A stretch of DNA of 64,000 nucleotides, taken from the NCBI GenBank assembly GCA_050012075.1, contig JBEKHW010000002.1:126889-190888 (forward strand), written 5' to 3'. The translations under genes and the position numbers were made by a program. This document shows positions 39,754 through 48,881 of this stretch, in pieces. The notes beneath the pieces were generated by a model. It saw only the letters and a program-made list of their open reading frames with translations, did not search any database and was not told the DNA's origin. The first letter of the stretch is position 1. Each line of letters opens with the position of its first letter. This DNA comes from Candidatus Omnitrophota bacterium (GTDB taxonomy: Bacteria > Omnitrophota > Gorgyraeia > Gygaellales > Profunditerraquicolaceae).

Positions 39754-40998
39754 ATGCCTATTCAAATAATTATCGAGAAATGCACCGGCTGCACATTATG
39801 TGTTTCGGCCTGCCCTTTTGATGCCATCCGTATAATGGACAAGCTAGAGAGCAGTGGTTCGGCCTCCGATAGCCGAAGCCATAAAAAGGCGGTTATAGAT
39901 TTGAATAAATGCACCCTTTGCGGCGCCTGTGTGCCTGCCTGCAAATTTAAAGCCGTGCTTTTGGAGAAAACGCCTGCCAAGTGTGACCTTCCGGATATAA
40001 AGGGATATAAAGGGATATGGGTTTTTATTGAGCAAAAAAAAGGGAAAGTCCAGTCCGTATCCTATGAGCTCCTCGGTAAGGCCAGGGACCTGGCAGCTAA
40101 ATTAAATACCGATGTAAGTGGCATACTTATTGGCACTAACTTGGGTGACCAGATAGATGAACTTATATATTGCGGCGCAGATAAAGTTTATCTTGTCGAA
40201 GCGCCGGAAGTGGCAGAATTTCAGGATGAACCCTATACTAATATACTTGTTGAGCTGGTAAACAAATACAAACCGGAGATCTTGCTTTGCGGGGCTACTG
40301 CTATCGGTAGGTCACTTATCTCCCGCGTGGCTGTAAAGATAAAAGCAGGCCTTACTGCTGACTGTACAGGCCTGGATATAGACCAGGATAAGAAGATATT
40401 GCTCCAGACACGGCCTGCGTTTGGCGGGAATATCATGGCCACTATTATCAGTCCTAATTACCGGCCGCAGATGGCCACTGTCAGGCATAAGGTATTTGCG
40501 CCAATGAGCCCGGATCGCCATCGTAAAGGCAAAGTTATAAAGGAACAATTTACTGGTTCAGCATTTACCTCTCGGACAAAGCTCCTAGACATTGTAGAAG
40601 AGATAGAGTCGCTTGTGAATATCGCGGAAGCCGATATAATAGTTTCCGGCGGCAGAGGAATGGGCGGCAAGGAAAACTTTAAAATATTGGAAAAACTTGC
40701 GCATGTGTTGGGCGCAGCAGTGGGCTCTTCACGCGCAGCAGTAGACGCCGGGTGGATGCCTTATTCGCATCAGGTGGGCCAGACCGGCCGGACAGTCGCC
40801 CCCAAGATATATATTGCCTGCGGGATTTCAGGGCAAATCCAGCATCTTGTCGGTATGCAGTCGTCAAAGATAATAGTCGCAATAAACAAAGACCCCGAGG
40901 CGCCTATATTTAAAGTTGCTACCTACTGCATAGTCGCAGATTTGTTTCAGATCATACCGGAGTTAACCAAGAGGTTTGCCGAAGCCCTGAAGAAATAA
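39754..40998 (+). CDS. etfA: ETF alpha subunit with N-terminal 2x[4Fe-4S] ferredoxin domain
   Basis: Two CxxCxxCxxxC motifs; GLTADCT, QVGQTG, GISGQIQH. Confidence 0.95.
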   Translation: MPIQIIIEKCTGCTLCVSACPFDAIRIMDKLESSGSASDSRSHKKAVIDLNKCTLCGACVPACKFKAVLLEKTPAKCDLPDIKGYKGIWVFIEQKKGKVQSVSYELLGKARDLAAKLNTDVSGILIGTNLGDQIDELIYCGADKVYLVEAPEVAEFQDEPYTNILVELVNKYKPEILLCGATAIGRSLISRVAVKIKAGLTADCTGLDIDQDKKILLQTRPAFGGNIMATIISPNYRPQMATVRHKVFAPMSPDRHRKGKVIKEQFTGSAFTSRTKLLDIVEEIESLVNIAEADIIVSGGRGMGGKENFKILEKLAHVLGAAVGSSRAAVDAGWMPYSHQVGQTGRTVAPKIYIACGISGQIQHLVGMQSSKIIVAINKDPEAPIFKVATYCIVADLFQIIPELTKRFAEALKK

Positions 40999-41003
40999 AG
41001 AAG

Positions 41004-41414
41004 ATGAAGAAAAATGCTTCATCGGGTTTTACGCTCGTAGAAGTCCTTTTGGTTGCCGCAATTATCGCGTTGCTTGCCGCTATAGCCATACCTAATTTAT
41101 TGGCAGCCAGGAGAACTGCCAATGAAGCAGCAGCCAAATCAAGCCTCCGCAGCATTTCTACCGCCGCAGAAACTTATTCTGTTGCTCATGCCTCCAATTA
41201 TCCCGGTTCGATCTCGGAGCTAGAAACCTTCATTACCTCTGCCGGTGATTATTGCGCAGATGGCAATGGGGCAGTAAAGGCAGTCCAGGGATACTATTAT
41301 TCCTGCATATTAACCAGCGGCGGCTATATTCTTGTCGCCAGCCCCGTCATTCCGGGAAATACCGGCAATATCACCTATACCGCTATCACAGGCGGCGCAT
41401 TAACCCCACTTTAA
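41004..41414 (+). CDS. Type IV pilin-like protein
   Basis: Prepilin cleavage motif G/FTLVEVLL, AIPNL. Confidence 0.9.
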   Translation: MKKNASSGFTLVEVLLVAAIIALLAAIAIPNLLAARRTANEAAAKSSLRSISTAAETYSVAHASNYPGSISELETFITSAGDYCADGNGAVKAVQGYYYSCILTSGGYILVASPVIPGNTGNITYTAITGGALTPL

Positions 41415-41460
41415 CTAATCCGCCGAAAGAAAACGTTTTCTTTAAACCCTGCCTACTATC

Positions 41461-41489
41461 TTGAAAAATCCTGTTTATTAAGGCACAAT
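41461..41489 (+). promoter_or_regulatory. Putative sigma70 promoter
   Basis: TTGAAA-17-CACAAT. Confidence 0.4.
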
Positions 41490-41527
41490 TAATTTGGAGG
41501 ATCCTTTAATTAACCCGGGACGTAACC

Positions 41528-41875
41528 ATGGAAGTGGAAGGGGATTTTAAAGAAAAAAGGGCCAACAAAAGGTTTCCTATAACTATCCCTTTAACCTGTT
41601 GTGATAGCTTTGGCAATATGGGATATACGGAGACGCGCGATATCAGCACCGCAGGATTAGGCATTATGTCTAACACGAATTTACCTGCGGGCAGCCCCGT
41701 GGAAATATTTTTGCAGATGCCTGATAATGGACAGAAGATCTATCGTAAAGCAACAGTTATCTGGAGCGTTAGCATTGCTTCCGGAATGTTCAGGGTGGGC
41801 GTACAATTAAGAGATTCTATATTAAACCCCATTGCGTTGATTCTTCGAGCAGTTAATTACCAGCAAAGACATTAA
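41528..41875 (+). CDS. PilZ domain protein
   Basis: RANKR (RxxxR) and DISTAG (DxSxxG). Confidence 0.85.
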   Translation: MEVEGDFKEKRANKRFPITIPLTCCDSFGNMGYTETRDISTAGLGIMSNTNLPAGSPVEIFLQMPDNGQKIYRKATVIWSVSIASGMFRVGVQLRDSILNPIALILRAVNYQQRH

Positions 41876-41962
41876 CCTGCCTGCATAGGGTAAAACCTCA
41901 TAAAAACACTACTCCTTAAAAGATTCTATCTTAAAATTTTTTCATAGCCAATCATATGTAAA

Positions 41963-42056
41963 CCCCGTTAGAAAGCCTCATCTCGTTACAAAAGTTCTTT
42001 GTAATGAGGTCCTATCTATGCGGGATGAATATATAAGATCTTTCTTTCTAACGGGG
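41963..42056. mobile_element. MITE-like element
   Basis: TIR CCCCGTTAGAAAG / CTTTCTAACGGGG flanked by TAAA direct repeats. Confidence 0.7.
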
Positions 42057-42136
42057 TAAATACGCATAATTATTCATATTTACACATCGTTTCAACCATA
42101 AATGTATGATTATGTTAAAGAATGTTAATATTCTCC

Positions 42137-42164
42137 TTGACAAAATCATTTTTTTATTTATAAT
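42137..42164 (+). promoter_or_regulatory. Sigma70 promoter for HTH-smc
   Basis: TTGACA-16-TATAAT. Confidence 0.75.
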
Positions 42165-42179
42165 GAAATTTGTAATTTA

Positions 42180-42242
42180 TCCCGCACCTTTTATCCATTC
42201 ATGTATTTAGCTAAAATACTTGAATAAGAAAAAGGTGCGGGG
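42180..42242. mobile_element. MITE-like element
   Basis: IR CCCGCACCTTTT / AAAAGGTGCGGG flanked by TTTA direct repeats. Confidence 0.65.
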
Positions 42243-42245
42243 TTT

Positions 42246-42443
42246 ATGGGGGTAAAAATGGTAAACGCAGAATTAATGACAATTGATGACCTGGCGGATT
42301 ATTTAAAGGTAACGCGCCGCACTATTTATGAGTGGCTAAAGCTTAAAAAAATCCCGGCAGTAAAGCTTGTCGGCCAATGGCGTTTCCGTAAAGATAAAAT
42401 TGATGCCTGGATTGACAGTTCAACCACTAAATCATTAAATTGA
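42246..42443 (+). CDS. Excisionase-family (HTH_17) DNA-binding protein; true start possibly 42258
   Basis: LMTIDDLADYLKV..RTIY, IPAVK, QWRF. Confidence 0.85.
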   Translation: MGVKMVNAELMTIDDLADYLKVTRRTIYEWLKLKKIPAVKLVGQWRFRKDKIDAWIDSSTTKSLN

Positions 42444-42456
42444 TGGAGGGATAGGC

Positions 42457-45400
42457 ATGTATTTTAAAAAATTGGAACTCATAGGGTTTAAGTCTTTCTG
42501 CGATAAGACCACTCTTCATTTTGAACCGGGTATTACCGCCGTTGTGGGGCCAAACGGATGCGGTAAATCCAATATATTTGATTCGATACGTTGGGTCCTT
42601 GGCGAGCAATCTGCTAAATCCCTGCGCGGCTCAGAGATGCAGGACGTTATTTTTAACGGAACGGATGTAAAAGAGCCTCTTGGCATGGCAGAGGTAACTC
42701 TTACTTTTGAGAATACCCAACGGTTTTTTAATTTTGACCATGACGAAGTAGCGATTACCCGCAGGCTATTCCGCTCAGGAGAGAGTGAATATCTACTTAA
42801 TAAAACACAGGTAAGGTTAAAGGATATCCTGGATATACTGTTAGGCACAGGGGTGGGCGCGGAAAGCTATTCCATTGTTGCGCAAGGTAAGATTGACTTA
42901 GTTTTAAGTTCAAGGCCGGAAGACAGGCGTTTAGTTTTTGATGAGGCTTCAGGGATTACGAAATACAAAGCGCAGAAAAGAGAAACTACGAGGAAGCTGG
43001 AAGAAACAGAACAGAACCTGTTGCGCGTAAACGATATAGTCACCGAAGTCAAGCGCCAGATCGGGAGCCTTGAACGCCAGGCAAATAAGGCGCGTAAATA
43101 TAAAGAGGTATTCGAAGAGTTAAAAGCAAAAGAGGCGACGTTGGCTTCTCTAGAGCGCCAGGAAATCCTCGGACAGAAACAAGGGATTACAAAAGAACTG
43201 GACAGTTTTCAGGCGCGGGAGTCAGAGCTTTTAAGTTTGGCCAGGGAAGAGGAATCAAGGATCGCCGACCGCCAGAATGAAGTCAGGCTCCAGGAAGAAA
43301 TAATTTCAAATATAAAGAACGGTATCATGACCGGAGAAAACCGGATAATCAGGAACAATGAGCGGATAGCTTTTAATAAGGAGCACTTAGAAGAATTGTC
43401 TTCTACAAAGAGATACCTCGAGTCCCAAGTTGCGCAATTTGAAGAAAAACTTGTTTCCCAACAGGATAAGCTAAACACGGTAAGGGAGGAATTTGAATCA
43501 TTAAGGGGCAATATTGAAACAAAATCGGGGCTCTTATCCCAGAAGGATATCCAGATTAATGCCCTTGCAGCCAGCATAAAGGAATCATTGGAAAGGATAT
43601 CTTGCGCTAAAAAGAATATCCTGGAGCTCGCCGGGAATATCGCAGCCGCGAAGAATGAAATAGCCGATTTTAAATCCAAGGAGCAGATCTATCTTTCCCG
43701 CAAGAAAAGGCTTGAGATTGAAAAAGCCAAGGCCTACGAAGAGCACGTAATAACCGAAGAAACCCTGAAAAACATAACCCGTGAGGCAGAATCCCTCCGT
43801 AATATTGTCCAGGATTTGAACTGTAAGACCGACGAAAAGAAAAGCCAGATAGAAAATGAAAAATCTATTTTAAATAGCTTAACCGCTCAAATCGTTGAAC
43901 TGGAAAGAGAAAAATTGACCCTGGGTTCCCAGAAGGAGTTTTTGGATAAACTAAAAACCAAGTACGATGATATCGGCGAGTCCCTTAATGCAGTTATCTA
44001 TCTTGATAAGTTACCCAGGGAGGACGTAAGCGGCCTGGTTGTAAAAATTAAGAATAATGTCAATCCGCCCAGGCAGGATGAAACGCAGATTGAGCCGGCA
44101 AGCTTCAAACTTTCCGGGGAGGCAAAGCCCATTGAGCTTGATACGCGTAAGATTGAAGACAAAATCAATGTCCTGGCAGAAAAGATATCTACTCTGGGCA
44201 GTAAGAGAGATCTAAGCCAGTCTAATATCGAATCCTTTGGCATGGATATTGTTTCTATACAACAGGAATTACGCACCCAGGAAATCGCGCTTGCCAACAA
44301 AGAAAGCAACCTCTCGACCGTCGTTGAGCAATTTAACAAGATAAAAGAAGAAGAGGATATCATAGTCCTCGAACTATCGGAAGTAGAAAGGGAGATCTCC
44401 GTATTGGAAAAAAACGTATCTTCTTCGCAGGTAAAACTGCAGGAATTGAACAAAGAACAGATTGTAACGGAGGGCCTGATATCGGAGGAGGAAACCAAGA
44501 TCTCTGTTAATTCCAATCTGAGGGAAGAATTGTTGGTCGCGATTACCCAGCTAAAGACGGAGCTGGAAACTTTGAATAAGCGTGTTATTTCAGATGCGGC
44601 AACCGTGAAGTTATTGGAAGATACTTACAAACATGAAATGGATAATTTCACGAATGTGCAAAATCAAATATCCGATACTGCGGCCAAGAGTGGTTCTTTA
44701 GAAACAGAAATAAAAGAATGCCAAAATAGCAACGAAGAACTCTCTCTCGAGATCAGAAATCAAAACGACGCCCTTAAACAGGCGCAGGAGAAATTTAAAG
44801 AGGCAACGGCCTCGATAAGCGAGGTTGTAGCTAAGATTGAGGCTGAGCGTAAAGAGGTAGGCACAATAAAGGATAAGATTTATGAATTACAGATGAGCGC
44901 CAAAGACCTTGACTACAGATATTCCACAATAAAGACCAGGATGCTTGAGGCATATAAAATTGACGTGGAGGAGTTGGCCCCACAGACAGAAGGGAGCGAA
45001 AGCATAAATGTTTCCCAGGATATAGAGGCCCTAAAACAGAAATTGGATTCCTACGGCACGGTAAATTTAGTGGCTATTGAGGAATATGATGAGCTTAAGA
45101 AGAGATATGATTTTCTCATACAGCAGCAGAATGATCTACTTTGCGCAAAAGAGTCGCTCCACGAAGCTATCTTGAAGATTAACCGCACTACCAAGCAGAT
45201 GTTCATGGAGACATTTGAGAAGGTAAAGGTTGAATTCCGCAATTACTTCCGGATGCTCTTTAACGGAGGAGATGCGCAGGTGTTTCTAATTGACGAGCAG
45301 GACCCCCTTGAATCAGGCATCGAGATTATTTGCCGGCCTCCCGGCAAGAAACTGCAGAATGTGTTATTGCTCTCCGGAGGAGAAAAATCCATGTCTGCCA

Positions 45401-45693
45401 TAGCGTTAATCTTCGCGATCTTTAAGGTAAAACCTTCTCCATTCTGCGTCCTGGATGAGATTGACGCGGCACTTGATGAAGCAAATGTGGACAGGTTCTC
45501 CCGCGCCCTTCAGGAATTTGCCAAGACTTCGCAATTCATTGTCATTACGCATAATAAAAAGACGATTGCCAATGCCGACGTGATGTATGGAATCACCATG
45601 CAGCATTCAGGGGTATCGCGTATTGTGTCGGTTAAGTTCGGGAAAAAACCCGAGGAGCCGGATAAAGAAGTGGATAGTGTGGCAGCTGCCTAA
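42457..45693 (+). CDS. smc: Chromosome segregation protein SMC, atypical central region
   Basis: GFKSF, GPNGCGKSN, Q-loop, LSGGEK, LDEIDAALD; long coiled coils. Confidence 0.92.
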   Translation: MYFKKLELIGFKSFCDKTTLHFEPGITAVVGPNGCGKSNIFDSIRWVLGEQSAKSLRGSEMQDVIFNGTDVKEPLGMAEVTLTFENTQRFFNFDHDEVAITRRLFRSGESEYLLNKTQVRLKDILDILLGTGVGAESYSIVAQGKIDLVLSSRPEDRRLVFDEASGITKYKAQKRETTRKLEETEQNLLRVNDIVTEVKRQIGSLERQANKARKYKEVFEELKAKEATLASLERQEILGQKQGITKELDSFQARESELLSLAREEESRIADRQNEVRLQEEIISNIKNGIMTGENRIIRNNERIAFNKEHLEELSSTKRYLESQVAQFEEKLVSQQDKLNTVREEFESLRGNIETKSGLLSQKDIQINALAASIKESLERISCAKKNILELAGNIAAAKNEIADFKSKEQIYLSRKKRLEIEKAKAYEEHVITEETLKNITREAESLRNIVQDLNCKTDEKKSQIENEKSILNSLTAQIVELEREKLTLGSQKEFLDKLKTKYDDIGESLNAVIYLDKLPREDVSGLVVKIKNNVNPPRQDETQIEPASFKLSGEAKPIELDTRKIEDKINVLAEKISTLGSKRDLSQSNIESFGMDIVSIQQELRTQEIALANKESNLSTVVEQFNKIKEEEDIIVLELSEVEREISVLEKNVSSSQVKLQELNKEQIVTEGLISEEETKISVNSNLREELLVAITQLKTELETLNKRVISDAATVKLLEDTYKHEMDNFTNVQNQISDTAAKSGSLETEIKECQNSNEELSLEIRNQNDALKQAQEKFKEATASISEVVAKIEAERKEVGTIKDKIYELQMSAKDLDYRYSTIKTRMLEAYKIDVEELAPQTEGSESINVSQDIEALKQKLDSYGTVNLVAIEEYDELKKRYDFLIQQQNDLLCAKESLHEAILKINRTTKQMFMETFEKVKVEFRNYFRMLFNGGDAQVFLIDEQDPLESGIEIICRPPGKKLQNVLLLSGGEKSMSAIALIFAIFKVKPSPFCVLDEIDAALDEANVDRFSRALQEFAKTSQFIVITHNKKTIANADVMYGITMQHSGVSRIVSVKFGKKPEEPDKEVDSVAAA

Positions 45694-46880
45694 CAGCAGG
45701 TAGTGTTTTTACCTTTGTGTTTAGCATCATACAGCCTTTTATCCGCAGTGTTAATGAGTTCGGTAGGAATCGAACCATCTTCAGGATAAGTAGCAAGGCC
45801 TAAACTCACCGTTATTCTCTTATTAGGAAGGATCTCTTCGTGCGGGAAAACATATTTTTCTATTTCCGTGCGTAGCCGCTCCGCGATCATATACGCGCTT
45901 TTCTTTTCTGCCTGCGGCAGGATAATCGTAAATTCCTCACCCCCATACCTGCATACGTAATCCATCTTCCTGGACTGGTTCTTAAGCAGGGACGCCATCT
46001 CCTTAAGGATCTTATCTCCCGGTTGATGGCCGAGTATATCGTTGTACACCTTAAAATCATCGATATCGAGCATAATGAGGCTCATGGTGGATTTATTCGC
46101 CTTTGCTTTTTCAAGTTCTGCCTGGAACAGGTAGCGGAAATAACCCTGGTTCCATAATCCGGTCAGGGAATCCATATGCGCCTGTTTTACGGTTTTCTCA
46201 TAAAGCCGTGAATTTTCAATCGCAAGGCCAGCCTGGTTGGCAAGCATTATAAGCATGCGCAGGTCATCCTTGGTAATGGGTTTTTTGGTGATGAAATTAT
46301 CAGCTACGATTATTCCGTTTACCTTATCTTTGGCTTTTAGCGGGATGAGGACAATCTCCTCGCTCTTTAAGAGTTGTATTAAGGGGGAATTTTTATGCGT
46401 ATCTATTTTTTCCTTTGTCAGGTGTAGCGGCATCCCTTCTAATGTCGCCATAGCCAGCAGGCTTTCGTTATCTCCCTGGAGGGGTATCTTCATATGGCGG
46501 ACTTGCTTATTAAACCCGCTTTCAAGTGCCTCACGGGAGAATTTATAGGCGTTGATGAGGTCATCCATATCCATTTCTTCCTGTTCTATCTGCGTCCAGA
46601 TACGGCTTGCCTCTTCTAATGTTTCCGGCCCTATTCCCATTTCTCCTTCGATTACGCCTTCTATTTCATTGAAGAGAAAAAGTGAGGCGCGGTTAAACCC
46701 CAGGCCGCTGTGCGCAGTAACTCCGGTCAGGATGATATAGAGGATTTCCTCTAGCTCCAGGGTCGTGCGCATGGCATTGGAAATCTCATAGAGGATATTG
46801 AGCTCGTTCTTAGTGCGCTCTAAATCGCCCTTTATCCGGTCTAATTCCTCTTTTTCTGTAGGTTTCTTTAGCTCTTCCAT
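45690..46880 (-). CDS. GAF-GGDEF diguanylate cyclase
   Basis: DSLTGL, DIDDFK, RKMD I-site, RYGGEEF; start at 46880 suggested by promoter position. Confidence 0.9.
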   Translation of the reverse strand: MEELKKPTEKEELDRIKGDLERTKNELNILYEISNAMRTTLELEEILYIILTGVTAHSGLGFNRASLFLFNEIEGVIEGEMGIGPETLEEASRIWTQIEQEEMDMDDLINAYKFSREALESGFNKQVRHMKIPLQGDNESLLAMATLEGMPLHLTKEKIDTHKNSPLIQLLKSEEIVLIPLKAKDKVNGIIVADNFITKKPITKDDLRMLIMLANQAGLAIENSRLYEKTVKQAHMDSLTGLWNQGYFRYLFQAELEKAKANKSTMSLIMLDIDDFKVYNDILGHQPGDKILKEMASLLKNQSRKMDYVCRYGGEEFTIILPQAEKKSAYMIAERLRTEIEKYVFPHEEILPNKRITVSLGLATYPEDGSIPTELINTADKRLYDAKHKGKNTTCC

Positions 46881-46888
46881 ATCCTGTA

Positions 46889-46917
46889 AATCTAACATAT
46901 TTTTTGCCTTATGTCAA
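46889..46917 (-). promoter_or_regulatory. Sigma70 promoter for the DGC gene
   Basis: TTGACA-17-TAGATT with TG extension on the minus strand. Confidence 0.65.
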
Positions 46918-47292
46918 CCCAGTTACTGTTAGAAATAGGATATCGTTGCGTCCATTTAGGTGGGTTCTTTCGCAAGATACACATAAATAGGCGAAAGAAC
47001 CAAAGGGGTGTGGGGAAAAAGTTTCCCCACGCTTTCGGGGTAACAGTCCACCGCTACTTTTGGCGGACGCCATAGGGGCAGAGCCCCTTTGGGGAGCGAA
47101 GCCGAAGGCGAAGCGACGGAGAGGGGTGATGCCTATGCGCTATACACCTTGCGCTTATCGGAATTGCGCAAGTTTGGCCACAAGGACAATACTGGCGCAA
47201 TTCAGATTAGCGCCAGGTAGCTAGCCCTTGTGGGTTAACACCCCGCGCTTAGCGGTATTGCGCGGGTGTGCCTTCGTAGGCATATGAATATG
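46918..47292. other. Highly structured GC-rich intergenic block (repeat cluster or ncRNA)
   Basis: Multiple hairpins and three copies of a 19-bp motif; no ORF of 60 aa or more. Confidence 0.6.
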
Positions 47293-47321
47293 TTGACAGG
47301 GGTGGGGATGTAAGTTATAAT
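47293..47321 (+). promoter_or_regulatory. Consensus sigma70 promoter of recA
   Basis: TTGACA-17-TATAAT. Confidence 0.85.
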
Positions 47322-47363
47322 ATAAACTTTCAAAAGCATTAAATAATATAACTGGAGGCAAAA

Positions 47364-48395
47364 ATGACCGTAGAAAAGAAATCTGTAATCAAAGAAGATA
47401 GCCGCCACTTATCCGACCGCCAAAAGGCGTTGGAATTGGCGCTTTCCCAGATTGAGAAACAGTTTGGAAAAGGTTCAATTATGAAATTGGGTTCGGAAGT
47501 GAAAGTCGACGTTGAGACTATTTCCACGGGCGCGCTTACCCTCGATATAGCATTGGGGGTAGGGGGCCTGCCGCGGGGCAGGGTAATTGAAATATTCGGC
47601 CCGGAGGCATCCGGAAAGACAACTGTTACTTTAACGGCTATACGGGAGATTCAGAAAAAAGGAGGCGTCGCTGCTTTTATCGATGCAGAACATGCCTTTG
47701 ATTCCACTTATGCCAAGATAATAGGCGTGAATCTGGATGACTTGCTTATTTCTCAGCCGGACACCGGCGAACAGGCACTGGAGATCGCAGAGACACTCGT
47801 GCGTTCTAATGCCGTTGACCTTGTGGTAATTGATTCGGTGGCAGCGCTTACCCCTAGGGCCGAGATTGAAGGAGAAATGGGCGATACGCATGTGGGGTTA
47901 CAGGCGCGGCTTATGTCGCAGGCATTAAGAAAATTGACTGGCGCTATAAGCAAATCACGCACCTGCGTAATTTTTATCAACCAGATCAGAGAGAAAATAG
48001 GGGTAATGTTTGGTTCTCCGGAGACCACTCCCGGCGGCAGGGCGCTTAAATTCTATTCTTCGGTAAGGCTGGACGTAAGGAGGATCGGTTCTTTGAAAGA
48101 GGCAGAAGTCGTCATCGGCGGCAGGGTGAGGGTCAGGGTAGTAAAAAATAAAGTAGCTCCTCCTTTTAGAGAGGGAGAGTTTGACATACTCCACAATGAA
48201 GGCATTTCTAAGACAGGGGCTGTGGTAGATGCCGCTATTAATTCCGGCGTAGCCACTAAGTCGGGAACATGGCTTTCATTCGGCGAAGAAAAACTAGGAC
48301 AGGGAAGAGACGCGGCAATTAAGCTCCTAAAAGAGAAACCAAAGTTGCAGGAAGAATTGGAAAAAGAAGTAAGAAAAAAATCCGGCCTATCCTGA
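47364..48395 (+). CDS. recA: Recombinase A
   Basis: [36 protein letters not shown]. Confidence 0.98.
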   Translation: MTVEKKSVIKEDSRHLSDRQKALELALSQIEKQFGKGSIMKLGSEVKVDVETISTGALTLDIALGVGGLPRGRVIEIFGPEASGKTTVTLTAIREIQKKGGVAAFIDAEHAFDSTYAKIIGVNLDDLLISQPDTGEQALEIAETLVRSNAVDLVVIDSVAALTPRAEIEGEMGDTHVGLQARLMSQALRKLTGAISKSRTCVIFINQIREKIGVMFGSPETTPGGRALKFYSSVRLDVRRIGSLKEAEVVIGGRVRVRVVKNKVAPPFREGEFDILHNEGISKTGAVVDAAINSGVATKSGTWLSFGEEKLGQGRDAAIKLLKEKPKLQEELEKEVRKKSGLS

Positions 48396-48401
48396 TAAAA
48401 G

Positions 48402-48881
48402 GTGCAAAGTAAAGAGGAAGTATCCCAGAAGGCAAGGGCGTATGCTTTTCTACTGCTTAAATTCAGGCTGCGTAGCGAGCAAGAATTATACAGCCGGCTT
48501 AAGAGAAAGAAATTTCCCGAGCAGGTAATTGATTCAACGTTAAAGTTTCTAAAAGAGAAGAATTTCATAGACGACAGGGTTTTTGCTTCTGCCTGGACCC
48601 GGGCTAGGCTTAAAAGGCCGTTTGGGATAAGAAGAATAACCCAGGAGTTAGCCCTAAAAGGCGTTCCAAAAGATATTGTCCAGGATACTCTGTTAGGTAT
48701 AAAGGACAATTATTCCGAAACACAGATTGTTCAAAATTTAGCAAAGGAGAAGCTGGAAAAATTAAAAGGATACGAACCGATCAAGGCAAGAAATAGGGTA
48801 AACGCCTACCTTTTACGCCGCGGTTTCTCTCCTGAGACAGTATACGATGTGTTGAGTAAACTATGCAAGCAGACCTATTAA
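48402..48881 (+). CDS. recX: Regulatory protein RecX
   Basis: RSEQEL, FIDD..FA, LLRRGF; follows recA. Confidence 0.9.
   Translation: MQSKEEVSQKARAYAFLLLKFRLRSEQELYSRLKRKKFPEQVIDSTLKFLKEKNFIDDRVFASAWTRARLKRPFGIRRITQELALKGVPKDIVQDTLLGIKDNYSETQIVQNLAKEKLEKLKGYEPIKARNRVNAYLLRRGFSPETVYDVLSKLCKQTY

Noticed and set aside
42246-42443. Prophage or integrative element boundary
   Set aside because: No integrase, att-like repeat or phage genes; flanks are housekeeping.
47129-47283. Mini CRISPR array
   Set aside because: Units are short, degenerate and alternate in orientation; no cas genes in the window.
46912-47298. TGTCAA...TTGACA as terminal inverted repeats of an IS
   Set aside because: Both are explained as -35 boxes of divergent promoters with correctly spaced -10 boxes.
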